Origin: Paraspadella gotoi
Lineage: Eukaryota; Animalia; Chaetognatha
Direction: 5' to 3'
Assembly (NCBI GenBank): GCA_051294375.1
Contig: CM119268.1
Location: 9,866,370 to 9,930,369 of the forward strand
Length of the DNA: 64,000 nucleotides
Made by a program: the position numbers and the translations under genes. The stretch's first letter is position 1; each line of letters opens with the position of its first letter. Shown here one piece after another: positions 41,201 to 55,100 of the stretch. The notes below the pieces were generated by a model. It did no database searches, was not told where the DNA came from, and saw only the letters and a list, made by a program, of their open reading frames with translations.

Positions 41201-44200
41201 AACTATTAAAAACATCAAAATTTCAAACAAAAGGAGTCCAGTCTCCAATGCTGAAGAAAACCCTAGAGCTCGGCATATCGATATTGAAAGGGGGCAACGT
41301 CGAGGTCCAAAAACTGATGCTGGAGCATCTCATGGAGAAGAAGGACGTAGGGTTCTTCACCTCCATAGCGGGACTCATGAGCGCGGCAGGGTGAGTCCTC
41401 GTTGCCTCGACGTCGATATGAAACTGACATCACTCACTCCTTCCCTTTTTCCAGCGTGTTGGATCTGGATGCGTTCGAACGGACAAACAAAGCGTCGAAC
41501 CTCGGCACCGGAAGCGAAGGCGCCGGAGAGAAAAATCTCCACGACGCCGACTTCACCTGCAGCATCTTCCGCTTCCTCCAACTCTTGTGCGAGGGTCACA
41601 ACGACGACTTCCAAAATTACCTGAGGACGCAATCGGGCAACACCACTTCGATCAACCTAATCATCTGCACCGTCGATTACCTGCTCAGGTTTCGAATCGT
41701 ACCCGGAGGGTTGCTCCGAGGTTCCGCGAGTTTAATTTGTATTGAAATGTCCTTCTTTTCTCCTCGCAGGTTGCAAGAGTCGATCATGGACTTCTACTGG
41801 CACTACGCGAGCAAAGAAACTATCGATCCCGCGGGGCAAGAGACTCTCACCCGGGCTTTGACCGTAGCTAGCCAAGTCTTTAACACTATCACCGAAGTCA
41901 TTCAGGTTTTCTGCGCCTTCTTGAATTCGATAGCTTTTCAAAGATGAATACTTTGTCATCAATTCCTTCATCGTTTACCCTCCGTAGGGTCCCTGCGCCG
42001 GAAACCAGTTGGCGTTGGCGCACTCTCGTCTCTGGGACGCCATCGGTGGGTTTCTCTATCTTTTCGCCCACATGCAGGACAAACTGTCTCGAGACGCGGA
42101 GCAGATGGACCTCTTAACCGATTTGCTCAACCTGCAGAAGGACATGATGGTGATGCTGCTGTCCATGTTGGAAGGTTAGCTCATGAAGTCTTTATCTATA
42201 AGACGGTGAACGAATACTCACCATTTTCCATTTCCCTTTGTGCTTCAGGTAATATCCTCAACGGACCCATAGGCAAGCAAATGGTAGACACGTTGATGGA
42301 ATCACAAGTCACGCTGGAAATGATTCTCAAGTTTTTCGACACATTCCTCAAGTTGGCCAATCTGACTTCGTCGGAGGCCTTCATGGAGATTGACATGAAC
42401 AGGGACGGGTTCGTCAGTCCCAAGGAGCTGAGGACGGCGCTCGTCAACGAGAAGACCTTTACACCGGAAGAGATCGAGTACATTCTTCTCTGCGTCGACG
42501 CCAATCAGGACGGCAAGATCGATATCACCGAGTTTACAGAGAGGTTCGTCATTGAGAACGATTACTAATTCTGTGGAATTTTTATTCATATCCGGTTTTA
42601 GATATAACAAACATAATTATGGTTGATAATGATATGTAAACGTGTAACGAATTGCTTTTTTTATCGCCAGATTCCACAACCCAGCGAAGGAAATCGGATT
42701 TAATGTGGCCTTACTTTTGACCAATTTGTACGAACATATCACCAACGAGCTAGGTAATCCGAGGACATTTTTTTTTTTTAATTAAATTTTCCCTTTTTTT
42801 GACCGGAAAGCTTTTAAATACAAATTGTTTATTAATATATATTTTTTTTCCCCTCAAGGTTGGAACGATTCATCAAAAACGCTTCCAGTTTCCTCAACTA
42901 CTTTGAAAGTTATTTGGGCAGAATAGAGATTCTCGGAAAGGCAGGGCGAATTGAGAGAGTATACTTTGAGATCACGGAAGCGAACATCGACCAGTGGGAA
43001 AAGCCTCAAATCAAGGTAGGTCCACCTTATATTTCCATTTTTTGGCGCATACAAATAATATAATATGATTAAAAACCTAAATTTAAGTGACGATATTTAA
43101 GGATTATTCTGACCTCAGCAAATCATTCAAAAAACCTTTAATAAAAAAGAGATCACCAGCTCAAAAGCCACGTATGTCCTTGCGCTGGTAAAATGAAAGA
43201 AAAAATAAACAGAGGCAGCGCTCAAGGCTAGGGTGTGAAAATTAAAGAACAGAATAGAATGGATGACGAGACAGACGAGAGAAAACTAAGTCTGAAAGAA
43301 TTTTTAGCTTTTCTCCTCTTCCTACAAACTTGATGATTTGACGGAATAAACTTTTCATTGCTCTAAGAGTCTAAGAGCATAATTAAAAGCCTCAGCTAAA
43401 TCGTTATATGAAATTTATTGAAAGATCAATGTATGCTACAAGACAGCTCATGACTGGATTATAATACAACAATGTAAAGGCAAACAGTAGGAAATGTACG
43501 ATGGAAAAAAAAAAAAAAACTTGAAACGACAACGCGGTTAGGAGGATTTAAATTCGTCCGACACCTTATTACAAAATGCGAAATGTACATAGAAACTTAC
43601 AAGGGAATTCTTGAGATCTATTACTATTCTAACCAAAAACGAAGCAGAAAAAAGATTTGAGGGCCGAAACGGAACTATTCTCGAGACGGGGAACGAGATC
43701 TGAAAAAAAATAAATGCAGGTCAGAATTTGTCGACAATTTTTGCGTCGTCGCGATCACTCACTGTCTCCCGCTTCGATCGGAATCGTTCCCGCCGTCGAC
43801 GCTGACTCCGTCTGCGTTGAGAGGCGGCGAGGGGGAGCGTTTGCTCTTTTCCGCGGACCTGAGATCGAAAGAGGAAGCGAATCCAAAAAAAGGGGCGCGA
43901 CATTTCCTGCGCATTTCCTTTTCTACCGCTAAAAATTGATTGTGGTTCTCCTGATCCATCACAACTCCTTCCGCTCAAAACTTGAAGCATTAAGAAAATT
44001 CACCGATCAAGCTTCTTTTTTTCGCCAAATAACAGGGAGTGATGTAAGGCAGGACGATTAGAGAGTTTCAAAGAGCAAACATTGCTAAATTCAAAAATCT
44101 TTACTTGCTCCGCGAGCGTCTCTTATTGCTCCTCTTCGGGCTCCTTGAGCGGCTTCTGCTGGCGCTCCTGCTGCGAGATCCCTCCTCGTATTCTTCTACT

Positions 44201-47200
44201 TTGTCGCGGTATAGCCTGAATATGCACGACGAAAGCACAACGGTCAATATTTCATTTTGTCATTTTAGATATTTGAACAATCTGTTCAACAGTGTAAACT
44301 ACGAAGAAGAATTCTAAGTTTGGTTTTGTTAAAACTTGGAATTTCGTAAATAATTATCAAATTTAGACGTGAAACAGGGAAAGGCGAGGACAATGATTAA
44401 AAAAGCAAATCACCAGTTAAATTTGGAAAGAAAGATAGTCGAAAGAATTTCTTTGATAAGCTAATTAGTGTATAAAATATTTGGCATTACGTATAAAAAA
44501 ATACCTTTCTACTCGATTAACTGCGAATGCTCGTCGAGTAGTAAGCTAAGCTGTTCTGAATTTTTGTTTTTTTTTTAACATCTTACCCGATAATTATTCA
44601 CCTGATTCAGACAAGATTGTAGCCATAGCTTCCACAAGCCAATGACACAAAATGAATTTCTAACCAAGGCCACCCTCCAGGTTAAATACAAATTCCAAGG
44701 TCAACAATTGTACCAGTATCCAGCAGAAAAGGCCACCTTTAATTTCTTTTACATATTTTCTCCATTGAAATCGGAAATTCTTGTCGATGCAAGACGGGCA
44801 TTATTTTCTCTCGCACCGAGAACACTACTTGGCCAAAAACACTCCAGCGAATAGCATCAGCGAGAAAAACGTCGGGTTGTTTGGGACCAGGATCCTCACC
44901 ATGACTGCCGACCAGCGGCCATTTTATCACAACATACAGAAGTTTAGAACCTAGAGGGTCAATGATAGTAGAAAATGTGCTCGTATAAATTGAAAAAAAA
45001 AAGTTTTAAAATTATTTTGAATAAAAAACTTAGGATTTTTGAATTTTGTGAAAAAAATTCTCGGGCAACAAGCGGTTGTGTTCTCAAAAATAAATTTAAT
45101 ATGGTACAATCCCATGCTATGTGTTTGAAACCACTTCCCATTTCAAAAAGAACACAACCCTCGCACCAATGAGAAAAAAATTCAAACTTGACAATAAAAA
45201 GACATCGGAAGATAGAATACGTTAAAAAAATACGAATTTCTTGTAAAGTGCAACTGATTTTTGGAAATGAAAAGTGATGTTCGTTTATAAACACTGTTAT
45301 TTCCATAAATATTGACGGATGTTAATCATAATGGTGCAAAATCTTGAGTTAATTTGCCCTTAATCGAAAAGCTTCTGGATTAAAAAATCACCGTTGCAAG
45401 GATAAGAATGCGGTTTGCTCTAGCGGGTGTTTAATAAAAAAAAGAAAAAATATTCTTTTTTCTACTTTCTAACCACAAGTAGAAAACCGGTAACTATTTC
45501 CCGAGTAAGAATAGAAAAAAAAGAGGATCTGCCGAAACCGCGTTCGATCCCTTGTCCGACCTGATTTTCATGCCATGAATCTCGGAGCCGTCGAGCTCAT
45601 CGAGAGCGCGCTCCAGGGAATCCTTGTTGGCGAATTCGGCGATGCCTTCGTTGCGGCGTTGTTGGTGGGCCGCCGTGAAGGTCACCTCGCCCGCCTTTCG
45701 CATAAAATCCTTCAAGTCTTGCCAAGAGACTGAGAAAGGGGGGGGGGTGACAAAGGATTAAAGGGATAATCCCCGTTCAAAATCTCCGCTTTCCCCCTTC
45801 GATTTTGCATACCTGCAACGGAGAGGTTTTTGACGATGACTCTGTATGGGCTCTTGTTGAGGGGACCGTAATAGCCCTGACTTCCGGCGGGGCGTCGGTT
45901 GCGGTCATCGTAGCGGTCCCCGCGGTCGAAACGGCGTCTGGGCTGGAATCGACCTCCGCGGTCATCGTCGTCGTAGCGTCGGCGCGAGTTGTAGCCCGGC
46001 GAGCGGGCCCGCCCGGAATTTCTGAATGGAGAGGACGTAATAGACCGAAGTTCGCATGGGCAAACTCATCGACCTAATGGGCTGAGACGCACCTTGGCAC
46101 GGTCGCGTAATCCACGGCCACGGTTTCCCCGTTGATGGTTTTTCCGTTAAGTTCATAGACGGCGTCTTCGGCGTCGCGTTCTTCTTCGAATTCGACGAAA
46201 GCGTAACCCGTCATCATACGGATCTCGCGGATGTCGCCGTAGCCGCGAAGGAAGCGCTCCAGGTCACCCTCGCGCGTTCGCTCAGGCAGACGTCCAACGT
46301 ATATGCGGTTCTTAATCACGCCCACCATTTTATATTGCGGTTTTGTCGCGAGTTAAATATTATAGTTTTGAGAGGAGGCGGAAACGTTTTTGTACGGCGG
46401 AACAGATCTGAAATTGATACGTAAATTAGACGAATAAAAAAAGAATTTTATTGAATGAAATTGGTACAACCAATATAAATATGAAATTGGTACAACCAAT
46501 ATAAAAATTATCCATTCATTTAATAAATGAGAGAAAATTATCAAGAGCGACAGGAATTCGAACAGAATGAATGTGATCAAACAAGATTAATGCGTTCCGA
46601 AGGTCGTTTATTGGGTGAGGAAGAGGATGAGGGCGACTGCGCCATTCCAGCGTCCAGTTTCCCGGACAAGGAAACGTCCCGATTCGGTTCCAAACCGTGA
46701 AAATTCGTGATAATTTTGACGCATTAATATAGAAATGGGTGCACGTGAGGTTAAACGAGTTGTTGGCGAACAAACAGTCGATGATCTTGAATTATCGAAG
46801 ATAATAAGACGAGGAAGACAAATTAAAGCGAAAATTCTTTTCGGTCGACGTCGACATTCGTCAGCCTCATCCTCCTCGCCCGCAACCGAGACTCAGCCAG
46901 CAGCAGCCCAGACTGAATCCAGATGCACCGCTGCTCCGCCGCGCCGGCGACGCCCCCTTTTCGGTCGACCCGCCGCGTTCTATTCTTATATCAAATTTTA
47001 AAAAAGCGACAGGGAAAGCAGAACGCCGCCGCTGCTGCGGCTGAAGCGGAGAATGCTTCCGAGCAAAGAGTGAGGTCCTTCTCTTCCTCATCGATATCGA
47101 AGACAGGAATGCGTGATGAAGTTAAATATTGAATAAGAAGTAAAACTTAAAAAAATATTAATTAGTGGGCGGAAGATTATACTAATTATCCTTTTTTACA

Positions 47201-50200
47201 ATTTCCTGTCCCATATTCACTTTAAAAATTCGGCATGCAAGAGAAACCAGCTTTCTCGGTTTTTAATATTCGTTTTTTAATCGGCTCTTAGTAATAGTAT
47301 GCAGGAGTACGAGTAGGAAGTATGAACTTTCGAGATCCCTCGCGGCTCCTCAATTCTAAATGATTAAACTAAAAGGACATTACAGAAAAACAGCTGAAAC
47401 ATTAAACTTAATTAAAATCCAGTTAAATCTCGATCCAACCATGATTTACTTTGCTTGCTCTTGCAGCCAAGCGAGACTAGTGTTACTGAACTGAACTAGT
47501 GAATACTGAACGCATGACACTTCATTTCGTATTCAAAATTTCCGGATAAGAAGCATGTGGCGGAGAGAATAGCGCTTATAAAGTGAACAAGAAGTCTTCC
47601 TCAAAAAGTTAGAGAAATGTTAAAAACGAAATGACCTTTACATTTAAAGTTTATAAATTGGTACAACCACTACGACATAAATTATCCATTCATTTAAAAG
47701 TTAACACACAATAATAATTTGGTAATTTGTAAAAACATTAGAAGGAAAGACGCTTACCTCGTTTTAAATTCAATCTTTACGAAGTCGTTCAAAACGAAGT
47801 CTAAGTATTTTTTAGAAAGCTATTCTTTTTCAACATTTGAAATCGCGTGTATGACTTCCCGACTCTGCACCCTGACCGATGCCAATAACAATTAGTATAG
47901 ATAGAAATAAAAAAGTCCGAAAAATAATTATATAACATATAAGGTGGAGTTTTCTTATAAAGAAGTAAATGTAAATTCTAAAATTTCTTTTCAGTTAAAA
48001 TATTTCTTTTCGAACCTTCACTCAGGAATCTAAGCAAGCGTTCATCTTCTCGAGCGTTAACGAGGGCGGCGATGGATTTGACGAGTTCATCAATTTCGCC
48101 GAGGACACCATATTTGAGATGCAACACGCCGCTTCCATCAGCACCGAAGAGGAAGAGGAGCAGGTCAGGATAGAATAAATTTCTCTAGTTTTCCTAGATT
48201 GGTACTCGGTTCGAAAGCAAAATTAATGAAACATTTTATTATCTTTACAAATAAACGCATAACTCCGTTTGAAGGATACCAATGAAATTTATATCAAATA
48301 CAAATCAAACGTAGAGAAATCTTATTCTCGACGTACTCCGCATTCCGAGCTTTTACGGCTTCTCCAGAAGGGGGGAAAAGTGCACACATCTTTGTAAAAA
48401 TGTCTTTACAAAGTTTCGTTCACAACTTACAATGGTTTATTAGAAATATGACAAATACTGTGCTACGTACAAAAGTTTTTCCATATATTTTGGCATAAGT
48501 TTCTATGCCATCATCAGTGGTAAAGAATTAACACACCACGGACACTACAAAGTAGCAGAAGGGGAGGAACCCTTGCGGGTTCTTTCTTTGATAAGTAGTA
48601 GTAAATTTTCACTTTCTGGTTTTATTTTTTGCTTTGAGTTTGACCTCATACTGAGTACTGACCTTTCTCTTTCTTTCTTTCTTTCTCTCTCTCTCTCTCT
48701 CTCGTCATAAGAAGAATAAATTTATGCAAATATATGAAAANNNNNNNNNNNNNNNNNNNNNNNNNNNNNNNNNNNNNNNNNNNNNNNNNNNNNNNNNNNN
48801 NNNNNNNNNNNNNNNNNNNNNNNNNNNNNNNNNNNNNNNNNNNNNNNNNNNNNNNNNNNNNNNNNNNNNNNNNNNNNNNNNNNNNNNNNNNNNNNNNNNN
48901 NNNNNNNNNNNNNNNNNNNNNNNNNNNNNNNNNNNNNNNNNNNNNNNNNNNNNNNNNNNNNNNNNNNNNNNNAGCGCGGCAGATAAATACAGAAATGATA
49001 AAAGACCATCTTGTGCCCTCCTAAATTTTTTGAAGACAATGTAAAACTATTACCTGAGAACGAAAAATCAAAAAATTCGCTTGCGCCAATTTTTTCCCGT
49101 TTCTATCGATTTTATAATGCGATAAGATGCCAAACAAATCGAAAAAATAACAATTTAAAGATAAAATAAAAGTGTTAGAATTATTTATTTTGTAAAATAT
49201 AGCTAAATCAGTATTAAAACTGTTTTCAAACTAAATAAATGCTAAAAAATTGTATTAATTAATGTTTAACTATTATTAACATATTGCCATTTTTGTTGAA
49301 AAAAATTATTTGAAAAAGATGGTTCAATCAGAGAGTTTTTAATCAAAATATATATGAAATAAGGAGATATACTAAACTGTTTCATTTGTAAACTAATTTT
49401 CTTTAATTTATTAATTTTTAATTAATACATAAAGTCTTTACATTCTTTTTAAACCACAAAAATAAAGCAAAATAATAAAATTTAAGGCGATCAGGAAATT
49501 AATTGAATTTATGGATTTATAGTCAAGGTATTTAAACTCTTCATTAACATAAACAATAGAAAAATTAATTGTAAGACATTGTCCTGTTAAAAAAATTCCT
49601 CCAAGGCAAAAGAGTTATTATTTAATTGATACAAAAAGCATTCAGGCCCTTTCACCCTCGGGTGGCTTCCTACAACTATTGCTTTGCCTCTAAGGTCAAT
49701 GTCTGATTTTATTTTTTCTTTCATTTTATAGATTTTGATGGATGGAACAGATGAGGTTTATTTTTTAATATTTACAAATTATGTTTGTAAATGTTAAAAC
49801 TTGTTTTATTATTTTTTCGATCGTCTTTTTCTGTCATTGTCATTCATAAGATACTAGCGGTGCTAAATAACAAAAAGTAGCTTAATTGTATCCTTTGAAT
49901 TCTGATCAGAGCTTATCCTTAGCAAGGGATAGGATTATAAAACAAATATTTATATAAATAAAATAAATTTAATAATAAAAAAATCAATTTTTCATTGGGT
50001 GAACAAATTTCTTGCTATCAAGAGAGTGCTCTGGGATGGATTTGATATATGCCATTTTATCCAAGTCTTGATGATGTAAGGCGGCAGCTGCTACAGAAGA
50101 GTATTTGCACAAAGCCTCACACGGTTGGCCATTACAGAGATCCGGATGGGGAAATAGGGAAGCTGGGCGAAGACAGTTTGATATGCTTTCTTTTTAGGCA

Positions 50201-52126
50201 CAATATTGGTAGCCGGACCAGGGTTAAGACAACCAACTGCAGCCGCCAGGAGAGCAACTGTTGGACTCAAACTTTTGCGAAATGTCGGATTGTGAAGTAG
50301 CTCATTTCAGTCCACAGTGTTTACATCAATTTAAAAACTTTACATATGATTATCGTATTAATTATCATCAATCATCATCTGTTATTTTTGTTATTAAACC
50401 TTTTCTTCTCTCATACAGATCACGTGGATATGATATTGTATTTACCAGTGTTCGGGGTTTCTTAATAGTTTATTTGTTTACCATTTATGTCTCTTTTCTC
50501 CCGTCCATTCATCATTTAGCTTAAGTCCATGAGTTATGATGCCTTTGGCCGTCCTTACCTTTTGCTGCAGATTGAGCATGTTTTCACCAGAACTTTATTT
50601 GATCTCAATGTAACCACTGAACTTAGCCCAAACTGTGTTCAAGCTTGAAGTTGAGGTGTCTTCTTCTTACAATAAATACCGCTCTATCACTGGTGGCATC
50701 TGTAGTACAATTGTCGATTAATGTAACTATATTGTCGGGAATGGGCATTCAGATGCAGAAGATACAATTGAATATGAAGCATAATACTTTCGCATTGAGT
50801 TGACGCATTTCTTAATGATTTTACAATAAGGATAAAATATAAAAATATAGTTATGAATTACAAACACAGCGGTCTTTAAAAAACTATTTGATGTCAGAGG
50901 CAACTGTCCCTGACTAGTAAAACAATGCTTTACATAAAAAAATAATCAGATATTTCCCCGAGTTAGTTTTTAATTTGTCATCGTGTTCTTTCTCTCCGAA
51001 AAATGGGGAGTAAATTAAGGACGCGTAACCAATTCACGGCCGTCGGGACATCGAGCCCTTTTTCTCCCGCTTGCCACCGCTCACACCATCGCCACACGGC
51101 AATTACAATTAGGATATATTTATTATATTTAATTTAAAAATTAAGGCCTATTAAATTACTGGATGTTTAAAACAGTTGTTAGTTTCAAGATTAAGTATTT
51201 TAAATCTCAGGTATATTATTTTTTTTCTTAACATAATCAACTGAATTAATTTTATTTGCATGTATAAACTTAACATCCTCATCGCCAAATTTTAATATAA
51301 ACTGATCAACTAGTTTCCTATTCTTAACATCCTTGTTAACAGACTTAAAATGAGCTAACAAATTTGTAAATGAAACTTGATGGAGGTTTAGTGAAATTGG
51401 TCATAAATATGCTTTGATCTAAAATTAATTTTGCTAAAACAAATTGTAGTAGTTGTCATTATTTGTTATTATTAAATTTACTATTTTAACAGTAGTTAGC
51501 TTTATTTTAAATGATTACTATATTTCATGAGAATTTGCTTCATTTTGATAAAAAAAAAGATCGGCCAGAGCGATCTACAGGGAAGGAGAATGGTTAATGC
51601 GGTAAGGCTTAGGTAAGTCAAACTAATATTTTTTGTAAAGATTATTATAAGCTGTATAAAGTTTAATGTTTGCTATTAACAGGCTTATAAGACTTTAAAA
51701 GGATATCGACTGCATTATGTGGCTCGGTTACTTTTTTTCCATTTTGCTTAATTTTAGCAATTTTTTATTGAAATTACTTATCTTTTAAATACTCAAGTAT
51801 TTATTAAACATTTTTTTTACATTTTTATGGATGACGAGACGATTAAATATCTATTGAAGGCTTATTTCACTTAAAAAAGTGCTTAAACAGTTTTCATTGA
51901 TATCAAATTTTGTTTTCCTAAATTTTTGACAAATCTTTTTTGCACAAATTGCTATAAAATCGATAGAACGGAAAAAATTGAGCGAGGCGGAATTTTTCAT
52001 ATTTTTAATCTTGAGGCATAGCATTATATTAATACAAAAAATTAACGGGTGCACAAAGAGGTCATATATCAATCTCTGTATTTATGCTCCGCGCTATGAG
52101 TACTGACCTTTCTTTCTCTTTCTTTT

Positions 52127-52194
<68 letters not shown>

Positions 52195-55100
52195 ACTTAC
52201 TCAACTTACGTAAGTTGTTTATATTATTTTTCAGTCTTTTTTTAATTCTTTACGTCATAAGAATTTATGCCGAAATATATGAAAAAAACATTGTATGAGC
52301 AAGATTCTCATAATAAATAAACTATAACCCCTTCTGCTTGTGATGACGTTAAAGATTATCTTTCTTAATATGTCTTCTCTCTCTTAACTTAAGGCAAGGA
52401 TGTCGGAGGCCTCGCCCGTGCTTATGGCGACAGTGAAGAGTCTGAAGAGGAGGAGACACCCTCGGCCAAAGCCAAGGGTTTCGTAAATTTAACCATCGCA
52501 AATGTTAGTTTTTTGAATAGATTTCAACAAGAATTTTCAATGATTGTTATATTTTTAATTATTTTTATGCTCATGACACAAAACTTCTATCTTTTCTGAT
52601 GAGCAGGCCCTGTGCGTTCTTGAGCCTGTTCACGCCTAGCAGCATGTTGGGCGGCTACCGAATTCTCCGCAGCATGACGCCAATGGAAATCTTCGTCGGC
52701 ATACTCAAGTCTTCGCTCAAGTTGCTCTCCTCGGACTCACGATCGGCTTCACCATCGTTGTGTTAGTCTCGTTCCGGAGCGAATGAATTTATTTTAAAAA
52801 AGATTAATGCTGCTTTCGTGTTGTTGCGGTAGTAGTTTTATGGACCTGTTGGTGAAGTAAAATTTGTCATTTTTTAGAACTGCGATTCGGTTCGTTCTGT
52901 TTATTGATAAGAGTTGAAAAGAAGGAAGAAGTTGCCGCAACTGCGCCTCCTTTAGTAAAGGTAATATTAATTAAATTGAGATTGAATGCCATAATTACAC
53001 CGTACTGTGACGTATATGCTTCATCGCAGCCGCCTCCATTAGAAGTCCCGGAATCTGGAATCGGCGGCGGCGAGGGAGGACAGATCCAAGCTTTCGGCAT
53101 CGACATTTCTAAGAACGCCCACGGGTAAGTTGCCATTGTCATTGATTCCGGCCAAGGGAGGCGTGCGATTTATAACGATTAGTCGTTTTTGTCGCTTTAG
53201 TTGTTTCGACTTGTTAAGAAATTAACTTTTGGATATTACTCCTAAACTAATTGCATGTGTACAAACCTTTTCCCGAGGTAGTTGGTAATTGAAGATTTTC
53301 CATGATAATGGCTGGAAAGAAATATTCCATTGATTAGTCGTTTTGTTTTTTTTTTTTGTTTTTTTTTTTTTTGTAGTAATATAGCGCAGGTGAAGCTCAA
53401 AAAAGCAGCATTCGTCGCCGCTGCTTGGAAGGCCTCTGCAGGGTACGCTACATGCTGAAGCTACCACAAAAATAATGGCGATTCACCTTTTGACCAATTT
53501 TGCAATTTTTTTTGCATACCTCACAAACTAAAATTATTAACAAAAAAAACACAAAAACAAAAACAATAAAAAAAAAACGAAAAATAAAACAAGTTGTAAA
53601 ACTGTGTATCTAGTTAAAACATTTTCAGTTTGCATTGTTTTCCACAATCATATCTTCTTTTTTTTACATTTAATTACTGAGTTGTTGTTTTTTTTTTACT
53701 CAAACAATGATGATATAAGCAATTAAAAAAAACACTTTGTGAAAAAGCAATCGCTTTGCATGATCAACAGATTTGGGAGCTAGAATTAAGTTGCTTTTTT
53801 CTACCAAAAATATTTTTTTTTTAATTTGATGCAAATTTTTTCATAATTTTCTTTGGCTTGGATAGTACAAGTCTTTTCTCATGTGATTTTATCTGAAAAA
53901 TATGTATTTGTTTGGATTGAAATGAAAAGTGCGCTCGCGATCATTTAAATTACCTTGTTTATTTTTTTATAATTTTCACATTATTTGCATAATTATTATT
54001 ACCATAATTCCAGTATTATTTTATAGGTACAAGATGAGTTTACCGGATAAACCAGAGACGCCAACTGATACAACAGAGCCAGAATCGTAAGTAAATAATG
54101 AATACAAATAAGTTTCATCAAAATCGGTTCCATGTTTTAATGCTGGCTTGTCGTTTTTTTTATTTCACGCCTGTGGATGTTTTTCTTTCAATACTAAATA
54201 AGTAGCCTACCTTCAACTCCTGGCTTTCCAATCAGTCCAGGGAACCATTAAAATCAGATGCGTGCACTACTAATAAAAATGGTGCCTCTACTTTTAGTAA
54301 GAATGCTAAAAAAATAGCCAGAATTTTTATAAAAAATAATTTAACAATTAATTAAACTTAATTAAAATGAAAGGTTTTAAAGAATTCGAGTTTTCTTCGG
54401 ATGGCGCCAGCACTTGCGCTCAAACCCCTTTGGCTTTTGAAACCCACCCGACTGAATTTTTACCGCGTGGCCAGACTTTAGGCTTTATGAAAATGTCGCT
54501 AAAAAGTGAGTTGCGTTTGTTTAATTTCGTACATTGAACATAAAAAAAGCGGCAAGTTTATATATAAGGTAATTTATATCTTTTCCTAGAGGCGGCGGAT
54601 GTTTGCACCAGAATTTCCCTCAAGGAAAAGACCAAGCTGCAAAGTTTTGCGTAAAGAACGTCTTTTGCTTTAAAAAAAATGAAATATTTCCGTTTGTTAA
54701 TATTTTGTTTGCATTGTCCCAGTGTATGCTTGCAAGGAACTTTTACCGATGAAGAACATTGCCTCATTCTTGCCTTCGTCTCAACTTTATTCTTTTGTTC
54801 TATCGGTAAGACGGACGATTATGAAAAAAAAAAATTACAAATTGATGTGAATGTCTCCGAAGAGCATTAAAAAAAAAAAAGAAAGAAGAAACCGTTCACT
54901 GTTTGTTGTACGTTTTGTTGTACGTAAATCGTCACATTCTGGATTCTTAGGTCGTCGAGATCCGGAACGGAAGGCAAGGACGGCGCGCCGGCGGCAGACG
55001 GAGACGAAGTCGATTCGACCCGGTTGTCGCCGGACGCCGCTGGGTCACGCTACGTTTGAATTTCGTAGTAATTCAATTACTGACTGACTGAAGACTGAGT

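Noticed and set aside
50049-50300. 83-aa ORF as a transposase
   Set aside because: No DDE, zinc-finger or HTH motif recognised.
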